Source: Chara braunii (Eukaryota; Plantae; Charophyceae). From it: DNA of 58,914 nt. This document shows, piece after piece, positions 47,661 to 58,914 of this stretch. The notes beneath the pieces were generated by a model. The model searched no databases and was not told where the DNA came from. It saw nothing but the letters and a program-made list of their open reading frames with translations. Each line of letters opens with the position of its first letter. Within the stretch, counting starts at the first letter, position 1. The position numbers and the translations under genes were made by a program. The stretch is taken from contig BFEA01000011.1 in assembly GCA_003427395.1 (NCBI GenBank), forward strand, positions 1,248,114-1,307,027, given 5' to 3'.

Positions 47661-48600
47661 ATGAAATTGCAAGGAGGATGAACGATTGCGAACTTCAGAA
47701 ATCAAACAGCATCATACACATAAGACCAGATAGTCGTGACCTCGAACCAATAGAAGAATTGCATCACGAATTTCACCAAATAAGAGTACAGTAAAAACTC
47801 ATAATTGACAATGTTGGAATAGTTTCATCATCAGGAACAAAGAACCAATCTCAATATCCTATCTAGCGCTCTGCGCCCAGACTACGAATGACAGATCCTA
47901 TCTAGCCTAGACTACAATGTCGTTGATGACGTCAGCAACTTCCCCAAAGTACGAGCAGATCTCAGCCAATGTCGTCGCCTCAAGCGTCAGGTATGTCTCT
48001 CGTATCACTCACAACGTCGATCCCCAACTCACAGATGCCACATGCACCCAAGGACCACCATGCGCCCCATCCAAAATACAACAGCGTGCCTCAACTTTGG
48101 TTGCCTGCTCCTTCCAGCTCGCCCGTGAGCATGTGAACGCTGGTCAGCGATAACTCAGCAGCGCTTGCGCACGATGCATCCAGTGTCCGAATGCCCTATG
48201 CATGGGCAGGCACTTTCCTAAATGGAAGTGGCCTGCCTGCTTGCATGCAGCTTGGCTGTGCTGGGCCCCTGCCAAGAAGCTTCCAGTAGGCCTAGAGAGG
48301 TTGAGCCTCAGTCCAAACGAATCATGCCTTGGGCCTGTGGTGGTTACCCGTATCCAACTATTTGTGGCTTGTGTTCAGCAGCGAATCTGACTCAGGACCT
48401 GCCTTTGTTGCATCGGAAAGAGGCAGCCTGGGCCTGAGCGCTCTCAACCAACTGGCGCTGCGCAACTGCCTGAATTTCCCCAGTTGCGTGGTGACCCCAA
48501 AAATGGCTTGTAGGCCTTGGTCAAGTCTGCCTTCACTTATGGCGGTCGACTGTGCTGAAAAGAGGGCCCAGTAGGGCGTATCGAGGCCTTGTGCCTCGCA
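47532..48600 (-). mobile_element. Probable 3' LTR of the minus-strand Gypsy element
   Basis: On the minus strand, PPT GGAGGAGGGAA (48611-48601) is followed by TGCGAGG; candidate end ...GTTTGTCACA at 47532 gives ~1.07 kb, similar to the other LTRs. Confidence 0.5.
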
Positions 48601-48636
48601 TTCCCTCCTCCATACTTCGCTAGTCCTCTGAGAAGT

Positions 48637-50860
48637 TCAATCTTCAATAATCTGGCGCTTTCCCTTCTGAAGAGACTTTTCATATTCGGCCACAACCCGA
48701 GGAGCGGTCTGCATCAATTCCTCCCTGGTAAACCAACGATCCTCCTTTCGGTCAGTGTGATGTCTGAACCGAACCCGATACTGCAGCTTCGATTTCGGAG
48801 GACGTCCCATGCCTGTCGGTCTTGGAACTGACATTTCCTTGTGGTCAACGAAGCCGTCGATGTCGACCTCTCCATCCATGGTTAGGGGCAGCATTAAGCG
48901 ACGAGAGGGAAACTGATCTGTTTCTTTGTAAGGTGCAAGCTTGGAGGTGTGGAAATTAGGGTAAGTGCGTAAGTGACCAGGGATGCGAATAACATAAGAA
49001 GGGCCATCCCGGTTCATCCCCAACGACATCTAGAACCTCCTATGGTCCAAAGTACTGTGGCATGAGCTTGCGGGAGATCTGGTGCTCCTGTTCCAGTTCG
49101 GAGGACTTAACCCAGTCTCTTTCTCCTACCTGGAATATAGATGGGCGGCGGTGTTTGTTTTCTGATTCTATCATCGCCTCCTTTGCTTTATCCATCTACT
49201 CAACAGCCTGCTGCATCATGCGCTCATACCGATAAGCAAACTCTCTTGATGCAGCAGATGGGTGATTCTTAGGTAGTAGGAAGTCCAAAGGCATTCTAAG
49301 CTTGAAAGTCGGTAGCAAGTTGTTCGGACTCACTTCCGTAGCGTTGTGCACAACGTTGTTGTACACGTTGGTGATGAGAGCAAGTTTCTCATCCCAGTCT
49401 ACCTGATTTGGCTTGATGTAATGCCTCAACAGGTGTTGTACAACGCGGTTCAACTGCTCTGCCTGCCCATTCGCCTCTGGGTGATTGCCTGATGTCATTT
49501 GCAACTGCGTGCCCTGTTCTTCAACTGTAATTTTCCACAGTTCACTGGTGAATCGCACATCCCGGTCACTAACTATAGACTTAGGCAGCCTGAAATCTCT
49601 GACCCAGTTCTCTTTGAACAACTTGATCATATACTCAGTTTTAGCTGTTTCAGACATTCCGACTAACCTAGCATACTTACTAAATTTATCCACGATGAGG
49701 TCGATGTACCTCATGCCACTCTTGCTGGTGACTGACGTATCCATGAAATCCATGGACAGGCTTTCACCAGGCCTTTTCGGAATGGGAAGGGGCTTGAGCA
49801 GCCCAAGAGGAGCACGTGTCCGGGGCTTGCCACGTTGAGAAACTTGACAAGTCTTGAGATACAGTTTGGCATCTTTCATCATCGTGGGCCACCAGAACCG
49901 TTGCAACACATTGGCCGCAGTCTTCTTGAAACCAAAATGTCCCGTGGCATCGTGACTCTCACCTAAAAGTAAACTACGCAAAAACTCTCTATTAGGAACA
50001 CACAAACGTTTATTCTCGGCCTTCTAAAAAAATAACAAGTCGTTGACCAAATCGAACTTGGCAGGAGTCACCTTCTCCTTCGCCTCGAGTCTGCGTATGA
50101 TCTTGGACATGAACTGGTCCTCACGATAGGCTTCCACCAAAGAGCGAGTGACATCGTCCGCAAGCCCAAACTCAGTGATCAACGCACCGGAGAAGTCTGG
50201 CCTACGTGACAGCGTGTCATCAACTTTGTTGTACTCACCTTCGAGATACTGGGGCTCGAAGTCATACTGCTCAATGACTTCGATCCAGTGTTTCAGCGCA
50301 TCAGAGAGTACATGTTGTGTTCTCATCCACTTCAGGGTCTGATGATCAGTCCTGACGATGAAGAACCTCCCAAGGAGATAGTGTCTCCAATGGGTTAGCG
50401 CTTTATAGATCGCGTACAACTCGTTCTCATAGGTGGACTTAACCAACTTCTAAGAGGGCATCTTTTTGGACATGTATTCCACTGGCCTCAACTTTGGCCC
50501 CTCCTGCTGCGCTAGCACGGCACCAATGCCATATTGGCTGGCATCCGTGGTTACAATGAACGGCTTGTCAGGATCAGGAAGTTTCAAGACCTCATGATGC
50601 GTCAACGCATGCTTCAAATGTCTGAAACCAGCCTCGCATCTGTCAGTCCACTCCCATGGGGTGTCAAGGCGGGTCAGGTCAGTCAAAGAAGCGGCCACTA
50701 TGCTATAGTTCTTAATAAAGTTACGGTAGTAGTCGGTCATCCCTAAGAAATACCTCATCTCAGTCAGAGACTGAGGACACGGCCAGTCACGAATGTTGAC
50801 CACCTTCGCGTTATCGGGCTTCAAACCCTTCGCGGAAATCTCATGACCCAAGTAATAGTC
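48637..50860 (-). pseudogene. pol: Ty3/Gypsy (chromovirus-like) pol: RT C-terminus, RNase H, integrase, chromodomain
   Basis: YLGHEIS..YYRNFIKNYS; TTDASQYGIGAVLAQ; TDHQTLKW; HDATGHFG..CQVSQR; SMDFMD; SDRDVRFTS..HPEANGQAEQLNR; PNFHTSKLAPY; DRWFTREEL. Confidence 0.95.
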
Positions 50861-51499
50861 CACGATCCCTCGTAGCACGAATTCCGCTCACCTCCCCTCT
50901 CCACTTTGAAATAGTAATAAGAGAGGGAACGCGCGCATGCCCCAGCACCCAAGAAGATTTGACGTCAACAGGGAAGACTTGAACGATTGCTCCGTTTAAA
51001 AACCCGACTCAGTCTCCCGACACTCAGAATGTACCTATATTGGGTGGAGCTCACGAAAACCAGTTGTGTTACTCATGCTGAACTGAGCCCATCCACACTC
51101 ACTTCTCTCGTAGGCTTGCACCGTCCTGGCGTGCGAACAAGAAGCGCTTTCGAGACCAATCTTCTCAGGGGATACGTATGAGATGATACAGGGCAGATTA
51201 TACTGATAAGTACTCAAGAAGCTACGGAGGCTGGTTATCCTGGCAAGTCACAGAAGCTAACCGCGACTCGTCAGTCCAGAAATGTTTTGAGCGAGAGCAT
51301 GGACAACGATTGAAGCTAAAACTGATGTACGCAGTCCGAGCACCTCCCGCTCATTCTTGCACATCATTCATCACGGTCACCTCTCCAACTCATCACTCGC
51401 AGCAGTCCAGTTGACATCACCACCTCCCACCTGCTCACTCGTCTCGCTCTCCCCTCTTCACCCTCCTTCTCTGTTAACTGCCTTAGCACACGTTAGCCT

Positions 51500-53955
51500 T
51501 TTGCTTCATGCCTAGCGGCTTCCATCCTAGAACGACCCTCGCCAGCAGAGTCTCTCAAGAAAACAATGCCTCGCACGATGACTAGACGAGTCACAGTGGT
51601 GCGAGAGCGCTTGACGTCAACAGCAAACTCCCAGGCTAGCGTGTCCCTCCCTGCGCCTCACCAGCACACTTTGACCGCTCCCTCTCACAGGACACGCCAC
51701 CTGTCGCGCGCGAACTCATTGCCCTCTCTCTACTTGTCTCTCAGAATAGCACGTCTTGACCCTCTCTGGGCGTTGCTCCCTCACACACGTCCTTTCCCCC
51801 TATTTTGCTTCTCTCTCGTCCCGCGGCCCCTCGGCGTCAGTTGTCGAGAGCTGGCCTCAGGTCCCACTTCCACTGGGTTTGCCGCTCGGTGATGCCTTTG
51901 GATCTCACCTGGTCTGTTCCAGGACCTGAGATCTGTTTCCCGATCTGCATCACTCATCTCACTTTCTCCTCCCGAGTCTCTGTCCTGGTAGACCTGTTCC
52001 AGGCCCGCTATGTCCATCGAGGTTTCAGTTTCGTGGTAGGCCACCGTTATTCGTAGCCTTGCTGTCACTCCATCCCGCCTACAGCGTCTCTCCGATCGGT
52101 CCCTCGCCTCTGAAATCGCGTCTTGCAGCTTCGGGTTAGTCCGCATTTCCCCTTCTCTTGCTCCCTCCACGTTGATCTTCAATACCAACTCATCTCCACC
52201 GTCATAGTTGAGTATGACGGTGATCCAGGGTCCTTCCCTGGACAGGGGCTTCCAACGGGCCTGGTGATACCAGTACCCGGGCCTGTACCCATGCAATGCC
52301 ATAGTCACTCGAAATAGCCAAGAACTTAGTCTCCAGGCACTTGCACGGAGACAGCCCCCTTACAGGCCCCGAAGCTCCGCTCTTTCCCTCGTCTCCGGCT
52401 CACAGCGCTAGTGCAGCGGAAATACTCTGCGACTAGCGTGCGTACAACTAAACTCTTCTCTCTTTTATAGGTCGTAACCCCGTGTTGTGAATGAGGGCTT
52501 CGAGTGCTTTTCAAACTTCAGCACTCAAATTCCTATAACTCCTAAAACAACTCTGTGAAAGAAAAAGAAATACGAGACGCCAACGGTCAAACTCATCCCC
52601 GCAGACCAGACACAGTGGTCCCATAATGGGTTACTAGTGGGTGCTCGCCTTTCTTTAAAACCCATAGTCTGGCTTACCACCATTGGGTACCCATGTCCGA
52701 TGGTAAGGAGGGGGTTAATCGGCGCTCACTCTCAGACCAAATAAACGGGGCCGGCCAACTAGGACCACAGATCAAAATCCGAACTGTTGGCCTCCCCATG
52801 ATATGACAGAAACTGGGGAAAAGGAAGGCCGCGCCTGAAGACTGGTAAAGTAATAATAACAATAATAATAATGAGAATAATAATATTAATTGCTGAAAAG
52901 GAAAGGGTGGCGTTCCCATAATTCCTCCGCGCAACACCCTTGCCAGAACAGCGACCCACATTCATGCACAAGTCTAGCACTCGATTTTCAACATTTTTCG
53001 TTCCTCTTCTTTCTCTTACTAATTTTTCTCCTTTTAGTCCTCACTGTATCTGCTCCTTATCCTGGCCATCGGGGTCCGCGCGATTCAGACAAATAGGTCT
53101 GGTATGGGCAGTATACGAGGGGTCAGGTAGGACCCAGACCATAAAACCTGTTGCAGTCTAAAATTTGAATCGGCAACCCTCCCTATGAAGTAACAAAACT
53201 ATTGTTGAGAAACTAAGAATAGGAAAATTATAACAATAACAACAATAGACAGGAAATCATAGCATCTCAGTGACTTGCGGCCTCAGGGTTTTCCCCATAC
53301 AAAAGCGGGCTTAAATCTTGGCGTTTTATTTTTCTTTTTCTCTTTTCCTTTCCGACAACGACTTTCTGTTTCGTGCACCTAACCCATAACTTGCCTAGGG
53401 CGCGATAGGCGCACAGCAGAAAAGACAATACCGATCTTTTCACCTCCACGTCCCAGGGCGAACCTGGCGGCTACCACAGCCACAGGCCGGTTGTGCTCTG
53501 TTGTACAGCAAGGCACCGAGCCTGCGTGGACCAATGGAAAGCCCTGTGGCGCACCTTTTGTCGAGGCGAGCATCAAACAGGGCCGGTCCACGTCACGGTA
53601 CAGCCCGGGTACCAGGGAATTTAATCCCGGAACGCTCATTGACCTCCCATAGGCCAACATCAGGCAGAGTCCTGATACACGGAGGAGGGTCGGATCGCTG
53701 TGCCTTCCGACAACGCGCGGCGGTCCAGCACCCCGCTGGGAGCACCGAACCTCATGGTCGTGTCACACATGATGGATTCCTGAAAAAGAACCGGTCATCA
53801 CTCCGACCGTGCGCGCGTGCTATACCTCTCACGACACCCCACGACAGGTCAGGGAGCCGCGAGGTACAACTTACCTCTACCCGAGGGGCTGTCACCACCC
53901 TCAGGTAGGCGTATCCCTGCTGAGCTACCGGCCCACATGCGAAGACTTTTACATG
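51500..53955. mobile_element. Repeat family C, copy 2
   Basis: Colinear similarity with 14967-17580; the left boundary is uncertain and may extend to ~50860. Confidence 0.8.
51781..52308 (-). CDS. Orphan family C protein (175 aa open; homology continues beyond stops to ~51500)
   Basis: Protein-level homolog of 15505-15771; upstream TATAAAA at ~52463-52469. Confidence 0.6.
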   Translation of the reverse strand: MTMALHGYRPGYWYHQARWKPLSREGPWITVILNYDGGDELVLKINVEGAREGEMRTNPKLQDAISEARDRSERRCRRDGVTARLRITVAYHETETSMDIAGLEQVYQDRDSGGESEMSDADRETDLRSWNRPGEIQRHHRAANPVEVGPEASSRQLTPRGRGTREKQNRGKGRV

Positions 53956-54720
53956 CCTTTGTAGAGGTAGGTCGGCCTAGGGTGTTTGCGCAATCATTGT
54001 AGCATAAAATGGGGTACGCGCGGTAAGACGCCTAGAACTGACCCGTTGGATATTCAGGTCGAACTTTTAAAAGGCAGTCTACTTCCGCTACTGCGTAATG
54101 TAACATTCTTTTGATTATTATCAATCAAATCATCTTTCTACCAAAGAGCTTCCTATTCTTTCTAAACAGGTTATGACTTCGTTGAACATCATAATAATAT
54201 AGAAGTTAAATTGGACATAGGATGAATATGGAAGTATTACCGTCGAGAACCCTTTCCACTTTCACAAGTGTTGTGTGTTCGAGACTCTTCAACAGACCAG
54301 GTCCAGTTCAATCCAAAATCACGCACAAAACAGACCTGCACAAAATAATGCAAAGACAGTTCACATGCCATGCACTAACGGCGTCAACCATCAACCATTG
54401 ATCTTGTCCCTCACTTCCCAAACCATGTATGACAACCTTGTCTTTCCTGAGACGTAAGCCCAGCCCCCTCACATTTCTACAAAGGACCCTTGAGAGTGAC
54501 CAGGACCATTTAGGGAATGACCACAGGTGAATGTTTTACTGACCACAGGGTTTCACTTTAGAGGTGGGTATCAAGTCAAAGGGGGAAAGTTGAATCGGTA
54601 ACAACCGACCTGTTATCGAAAGATAACAAAAAATTGGGTCCTTTCTGTAGAACCTCTTCCTTGAAATGCAGCTGATCAAAACATAGACCTTCACACACAC
54701 AGGTCAACAAGGATTCAACA

Positions 54721-54729
54721 CCCCCACTT
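54721..54729 (-). other. Probable polypurine tract of a minus-strand LTR element (LTR starting TGTTGAATCC at 54720, reading leftwards)
   Basis: Minus strand reads AAGTGGGGG-TGTTGA, a typical PPT/LTR junction. Confidence 0.5.
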
Positions 54730-56195
54730 GATTCCCACATTTTGATATCTAAAGGTCGAGCCCTTAGACATGGGTAGTGAGCTCTGGGATCGACATCCCA
54801 GGTCTAATCCATAATCTTACTCTCACAACCCTACCCTATGTCGTCTGTCACTCTCTCCTTTCTCTCAAGGAGTCTCATGCCTGTGTCCTAAGTCGTCTTT
54901 AGGGAAACTCATGTTTACGCTATTCTCAGTCATTTCATTTTCTATCTTGGAGATAAGCGCACCGTTTGGCGCTTATGTAGATGAGATATAACTCATTCAT
55001 CGTCGTGGCCTTCCATCCGAAAGCCATGGACGACTATGAACTATGCAGAGGTTCTTAAGTTTCTTTCTCCCGCGACCCTATCTTCTTTCCTTGTTTTTTT
55101 TCCAGATATGTGAAGACCTTGCTCCAAAAGGAGCTTTGTTCCTTCCTTTCTCTTTTATTTGTGTTAACATACTCAAGTAGTAGGTTGATTCAGACATGAA
55201 TCTTTTGCTACTTGATCAATACCAAACAATCTGTTAGTCGAACAGACAGGTGAGTAGTCGCACATGAGTATTTGACCCCCTTTTTTAGCCTCACTTGATC
55301 TAATCAGACCAGCAGGATAGCTCGCACATGAGCATCCTTCCTTCAACAAATAGTTGAGGCTCCTACAGAAGCACCCTACTACTTGCTTTAGGTATCCTTC
55401 TGAAAAGATCTGGATGTCAATCCCTTCCCAGAGGTTAATAACGGTCTGCGTGAATAATAGGCGACCCGCACAAGAGCCCCCTACTATCACGTGATAAGGT
55501 CCACTTCAAGAGTGCATTAGGATAATCCTAACAAGGGTATCCTGTCACCCTTTTGAAGCTGACCGACTTGAGACTGTGTTAGTTTAGACAGAAGACGAGG
55601 GTTTAGAGTATTCCTACAGGAGTACCCTTCTCGTGAATTAATTATAGAATAAAGTATGTAATAGACAGACCCCAACAGAGGTCCCTCTACTACTTTCCTT
55701 GGGTAGTGAGTAGTTTTGTCGTTAAACAAGTAGGAGGATGACTCCTACAGACGTCTCCCTATTACCAGTCGGGTGGTCGGACTGTCTGAGGGTAAGTATG
55801 ATAGGAAAGAAAAAGTAGCAATGTGATTTTCATCTCTTTGCAGATTGTTAGCCAACCTTATACTCAAACGTGTGAATAGGATGACCCTACCTAGACCCCC
55901 CTACTACACCTTGAATAAGTGCAAAGACTGAAACTTCCTGAGTCGTTTATAAAAAAAGAAGTTAGTACAAAAATCACCTGAGTTCACTTTTCACAAGAAG
56001 CAGATCCTAGTTAATCAACTTGAAGGTGGCGAGGTAGCACACACAGGAGTACCGCCACCTTCTAATCATGCCAATCGTCCTGGCCCCAAAGAGCAAGTGA
56101 CCAACCCATACATTGGTTTTGTACCGCTTTCCGAGACTGGTCCGGTAGGTTAACAGGGCGACCCGCACAAAAGTTTCCCTTCATTATTTCTAAGT

Positions 56196-57120
56196 GTCAG
56201 ACTATTCTTCCCTTCACGACAACAGTCGATCCGGTAAATGATAAGGTAACTCACGCATGAGTACCTATGTTAGGTCGTAAGTTAATGTTAGACACCTCTG
56301 CTCGTCACGACGACAGTCGATCTGGCAGATGGTACCCAATTTAGTTCATAAGTTATTGTCAGATACCCGTTTCCCGTCACGACGACAGTCGATCAGGTAG
56401 AGAGTACCTAATTTAGTTCATAAGGTATTGTCAGATACCTCTTCCCGTCACGACGACAGTCGTTACGGTACAAAGTACCTAATCTAGCTCATAAACTATT
56501 GTCAGACACCCCTTTCCGTCACGGCGACAGTCGTTACGGTAGAGAGTACCCAATTTAGTTCATAAGTTATTGTCAGATACCTCTTCCCTTCACGACTACA
56601 GTCGTTACGGTAGAAAGTACCTGATTTAGTTCCTAAGTTATTGTCAAATACATTTTTCTGTCACGATGACAGTCGTTATGGCAGAAAGTACCTTGTTCAT
56701 AAGTTAGAGTCAGATACCCCCTTCCTGTCACGACGACAGTAGTTACGATAGAGAGTACCTAACTTAGTTCATAAGTTATAGTCAGATACCCCCGTCCCGT
56801 CACGACGACAGTCGTTGCGGTAGAGAGTACCTAGCTTAGTTCATAATGTACTGTTACTACTATTTTCCCATCACGACGACAGTCGATCCGGTAGAGAGTA
56901 TTTAGATTAGTTCATAAGTATTTGTTCGTACTCTCGTCCCATCACGACGACAGTCGATCCGGTAGAGAGTACTTAGATCAATTCATAAGTACTTGTTTGT
57001 ACCCTCGTCCCATCACGACGACAGTCGATCCAGTAGAGAGTACTTAGATTAATTCATAAGTATTGTTTGTTCCCTCGTCCCATCACGACGACAGTCGATC
57101 CGGTAGAGAGTACTTAGATC
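56196..57120. repeat. 71-bp minisatellite, ~13 copies
   Basis: Core CACGACGACAGTCG (or a close variant) at 56215, 56306, 56378, 56449, 56520, 56591, 56662, 56729, 56801, 56872, 56943, 57014, 57084. Confidence 0.95.
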
Positions 57121-57734
57121 TCATCCCTTAGTAATGTAAGTGCACACAAGTAGCACGACGGCTCACACATGAACCTCTATTGCCCCACTTTGCTCTTCAA
57201 GCCCAAACAGCCTAGGCTCGTTCTTGGTTACTTTAGGTTCCTTTCCTCTCACCAGGCATGATTCTTATTTCAATCACATTTATCTTTCTCTTTTGATTAT
57301 CTTAGTTCTGAGGAAAGCATAAGCAGTATTTCATACAGTCATACATGCACTCCAAAAGCAGGGCGTAACCTATAAGGGTATACGAAAAAGGGTTAGGTGA
57401 CGCGTACCTCATAGTTCCCTGCCTCCAGAGTTCCTCCTGAACTCCGGCAGAGCTCCCGCAATCGCCCTGTTATCGGTCATGTCTAGTTTATGCAATTGGT
57501 TGTCTGAACTTTGGAGTTAGCTAACCCAGGTATGCCAATACACCATCAGCCATTTGTAATCAAGAAGATAGGTGTCTGAGAGGCTCATTGTAACGAGGAG
57601 AAATGAAGGAGGATGGAGGACGTAGGCACCATCCCATAGTGGGAACGTCCCCCTCCTCTCCAATGTCTAGCATCCTCTTCATTTCTGACCTCTGTTTTAG
57701 CATATGAAGCCCAAAATAACAATTTCAAAACGAG

Positions 57735-57897
57735 TAATAGTATAATAATAATTATAATAATTATAATAATAAAATAATAATAATAATAATAATAATAATT
57801 ATAATAATAGTAGTAGTAATAATAATAATAATAATAATAATAATGATAATAATAATAATAGTAATAATAAAAATAGTAATAGTAAATAGAATAATGA
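57735..57897. repeat. (AAT)n microsatellite
   Basis: Directly visible; the poly-Tyr and poly-Leu ORFs are artefacts of it. Confidence 0.95.
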
Positions 57898-58699
57898 TAT
57901 GGCGAGATGACAGATTTCAAATTGCAAAATCACACTTAAATCCAGGAGGTCTAACACTATTGTCACACTAACGGAAAACTGGGTATTGAATCCGAATGTC
58001 GGTGAGAGCCTACTCTCACAACCACTCGCCCACGTATCCGGGGCTCTTCCCCCTGCTTGATGCCCATTATCCAGCCTACGATGGCACAACTTACTAGCAG
58101 CCTACGAACCGACAATGCATCCTGTTGACGTCAGCAGCAAAACCGAAGTTCATGATGATGTCGACCCTTGTAAATCACCGCCGAGACAAGGTACGTGCCC
58201 GTATATCATAGCCCTCTTCTCTCTTTCTCATTCTCTCTTCCTTTCTTTCTCTGATAGCGATATGATTGAAACGGTTTTCACCTTTCGGTAGCAGATGCGG
58301 TTCCAAGCTCGATACCTAGGCCTCACCCTCACCCATGTACCATTGTAAGGAAACCCGAGGAGGGGCGCTTACTGTTCGCCGAGGCCAAGGGCCACGGCGC
58401 CTGTCACTCGCCACGCCCGCTTCCGAGGTCCTCTACGATTAACAGCGTGTGAAAGTTTTTGCTGCCTGCTGATTTTCCTCCTTGTTGGGCCTCAACTGAT
58501 TACATTTAGATCAAACAGTTCGGTAGGATAAACAATTGTCGTAATGAATTTCAAAATGTTTGCTGTAGTTCACAGTTATAAAACAAAGGCCAAAAATAAA
58601 AGGGGAAAATAAAGACTCATGATGAGATGGTCTCCAAAATGTAACGCAAAGCTGAGAACATAACACAAAGAGACTAGACTTCTCTCATACTCGAAACCG

Positions 58700-58914
58700 G
58701 CGACCGACGCACTGAGAAAACAGTCTCCTCACATTCCCAAAAGTTGGGATCAAGGCACAGAGAGAACAGTCTCTTTAGTCAAGGGCCGAAACCAACGTAC
58801 AGTGTGAACTGCCTCTTCACATACCCAATTGCTGGAATAAACGCTCAGAGAGAACAGTCACTTCACATACCCAAATACCGGAATCAACGCTCAGAGAGAA
58901 CAATCTCTTCACAT
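58700..58914. repeat. ~47-bp degenerate tandem repeat running off the window end
   Basis: AACGCTCAGAGAGAACAGTC(T/A)CTTCACATACCCAA recurs. Confidence 0.8.

Noticed and set aside
52200-52260. Homology between the family C ORF (LSREGPWITVIL) and the array proteins (LSKEGENAIVVDL)
   Set aside because: Only a short motif matches and no colinear support is visible; a profile comparison would be needed
56196-57120. CRISPR-like regularly spaced repeats
   Set aside because: The intervening sequences are homologous to each other rather than unique spacers, no cas genes are present, and the context is eukaryotic

Overview
Eukaryotic, heavily decayed transposon-rich DNA with no intact host gene. The 25S rRNA fragment and the Ty3/Gypsy proteins point to a plant or green alga; they are reminiscent of charophyte elements, which I cannot confirm without a search. 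The window is a nest of Ty3/Gypsy LTR-retroelement pieces. It holds three chromovirus-like pol remnants (35.7-37.7 kb +, 40.6-45.85 kb +, 48.6-50.9 kb -), a gag with a CCHC knuckle (27.8-30.2 kb), and three repeat families each present twice: A inverted, B head-to-head and C direct. It also holds a 3'-terminal 25S rRNA pseudogene, several minisatellites and microsatellites, N-gaps and an assembled Nextera mate-pair junction adapter. The most notable signal is hidden from the ORF track by stops and frameshifts: a head-to-tail array of four highly diverged paralogous ~250-280 aa orphan ORFs (24.2-27.5 kb) between an LTR-like repeat and gag. Other highlights are a second orphan ORF conserved at protein level in both family C copies with a positionally conserved TATA box, a slippery-heptamer plus perfect 11-bp hairpin -1 frameshift signal at a gag/pol junction, and integrase chromodomains carrying an AT-hook-like GRP insertion. 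All alignments were made by eye and boundaries are approximate unless stated.
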